Origin: Entomortierella parvispora E1425
Taxonomy: Eukaryota; Fungi; Mortierellomycota
DNA: 64,000 nucleotides
Direction: 5' to 3'
Assembly: GCA_020891255.1 (NCBI GenBank)
Contig: BQFW01000011.1
Span: forward strand, 1,116,001 to 1,180,000
Below are positions 63,501 through 64,000 of the stretch, piece after piece. The number at the start of each line of letters is the position of its first letter. Position 1 is the stretch's first letter. The position numbers were made by a program, and so were the translations under genes. A model generated the notes under the pieces. The model searched no databases, was not told the origin of the DNA, and saw nothing but the letters and a program-made list of their open reading frames with translations.

Positions 63501-64000
63501 AGCTCCAGTCACCACTACTGCATCGTCCAACAGCTCAATGGGACTTCAGACGAAGTTGGTGTATCTTGGATTGTCCAATTGCCGCCTGTTAACCACAGAG
63601 TCGCTTCGTGCCATTGGCCATCATTGTGGACAAAACCTCTGTCGGCTAGAGCTCTCTGGCTGCGAGAACTTTGGTGATGAGGGTCTGTTGATCGTGGCTC
63701 AACACTGCAGGCAGCTTCGACTCTTGGATCTTGAGGATGTCACCCTTTTGACAGATGTCTCTCTTCGAGCATTTGGCTTGAATCTTCAAAAGCTGGAGCG
63801 GATCTGTCTTTCGTATTGCGAAAATGTGACGGATCAAGGTATTCTCAGGATGCTACGACCGGCTCCAAACCCGACTACTCTTTCAACGGCGAACCAAGCT
63901 ATGCTACTGAATAACTCAGAGGCGGCTAAACAGTGCTGTGGTCGATTGGTGCACCTCGAGTTGGACAACTGCGTACTTATCACTGACAGGATCTTGCTGG
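60541..64000 (+). CDS. F-box / leucine-rich-repeat protein (FBXL2/20-like), truncated by right edge
   Basis: Exons 60541-62484, 62586-62731, 62847->64000. F-box FDALPREVRIHVFRYLSTFQLIRVSR|VSRAWR..A.DGSLW, followed by Cys-containing LRRs (LDLTGCHSVSS, LNLAWCKQIS, LELSGCENFGD). The last exon is not in the ORF track because it has no stop in the window. Confidence 0.88.

Overview
Intron-rich fungal genomic DNA (GT-AG introns, CT-rich leaders, long poly(A/T) runs). Gene content and style suggest Mucoromycota, probably Mortierellaceae-like (inference). I could build about 22 protein-coding models by hand; for the complete spliced ones the exon lengths sum to whole codons. In order: mei2-like RRM protein (runs off left edge), frequenin/NCS-1, long-chain acyl-CoA synthetase, GlcNAc-6-P deacetylase, class I SAM methyltransferase with a long myristoylatable disordered N-terminus, GPI-type CE4 chitin deacetylase, Ser/Thr-rich surface protein, small Cys-rich single-pass PY-tail protein, C2H2 transcription factor, Rab11, O-fucosyltransferase-family protein 1, SFP1, tandem-PH protein, GST-like protein, ornithine cyclodeaminase/mu-crystallin protein, phosphatidylserine decarboxylase, OPT transporter, O-fucosyltransferase-family protein 2, PRL phosphatase, catalase, a secreted repeat precursor, and an F-box/LRR protein (runs off right edge). 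No tRNA, rRNA, CRISPR or clear transposon was found. The standout is 57367-58926 (-): a Cys-free secreted precursor with 13 Kex2-type dibasic sites that would release six Asn-rich homologous peptides with beta-solenoid/amyloid-like patterning plus a highly cationic tail. It is a candidate for an undescribed peptide-fibril surface system. Secondary leads are an H/ACA-like hairpin in Rab11 intron 1 complementary to 5.8S rRNA, uORFs ahead of the PRL phosphatase, and a POFUT2-like catalytic signature in a fungal fucosyltransferase.
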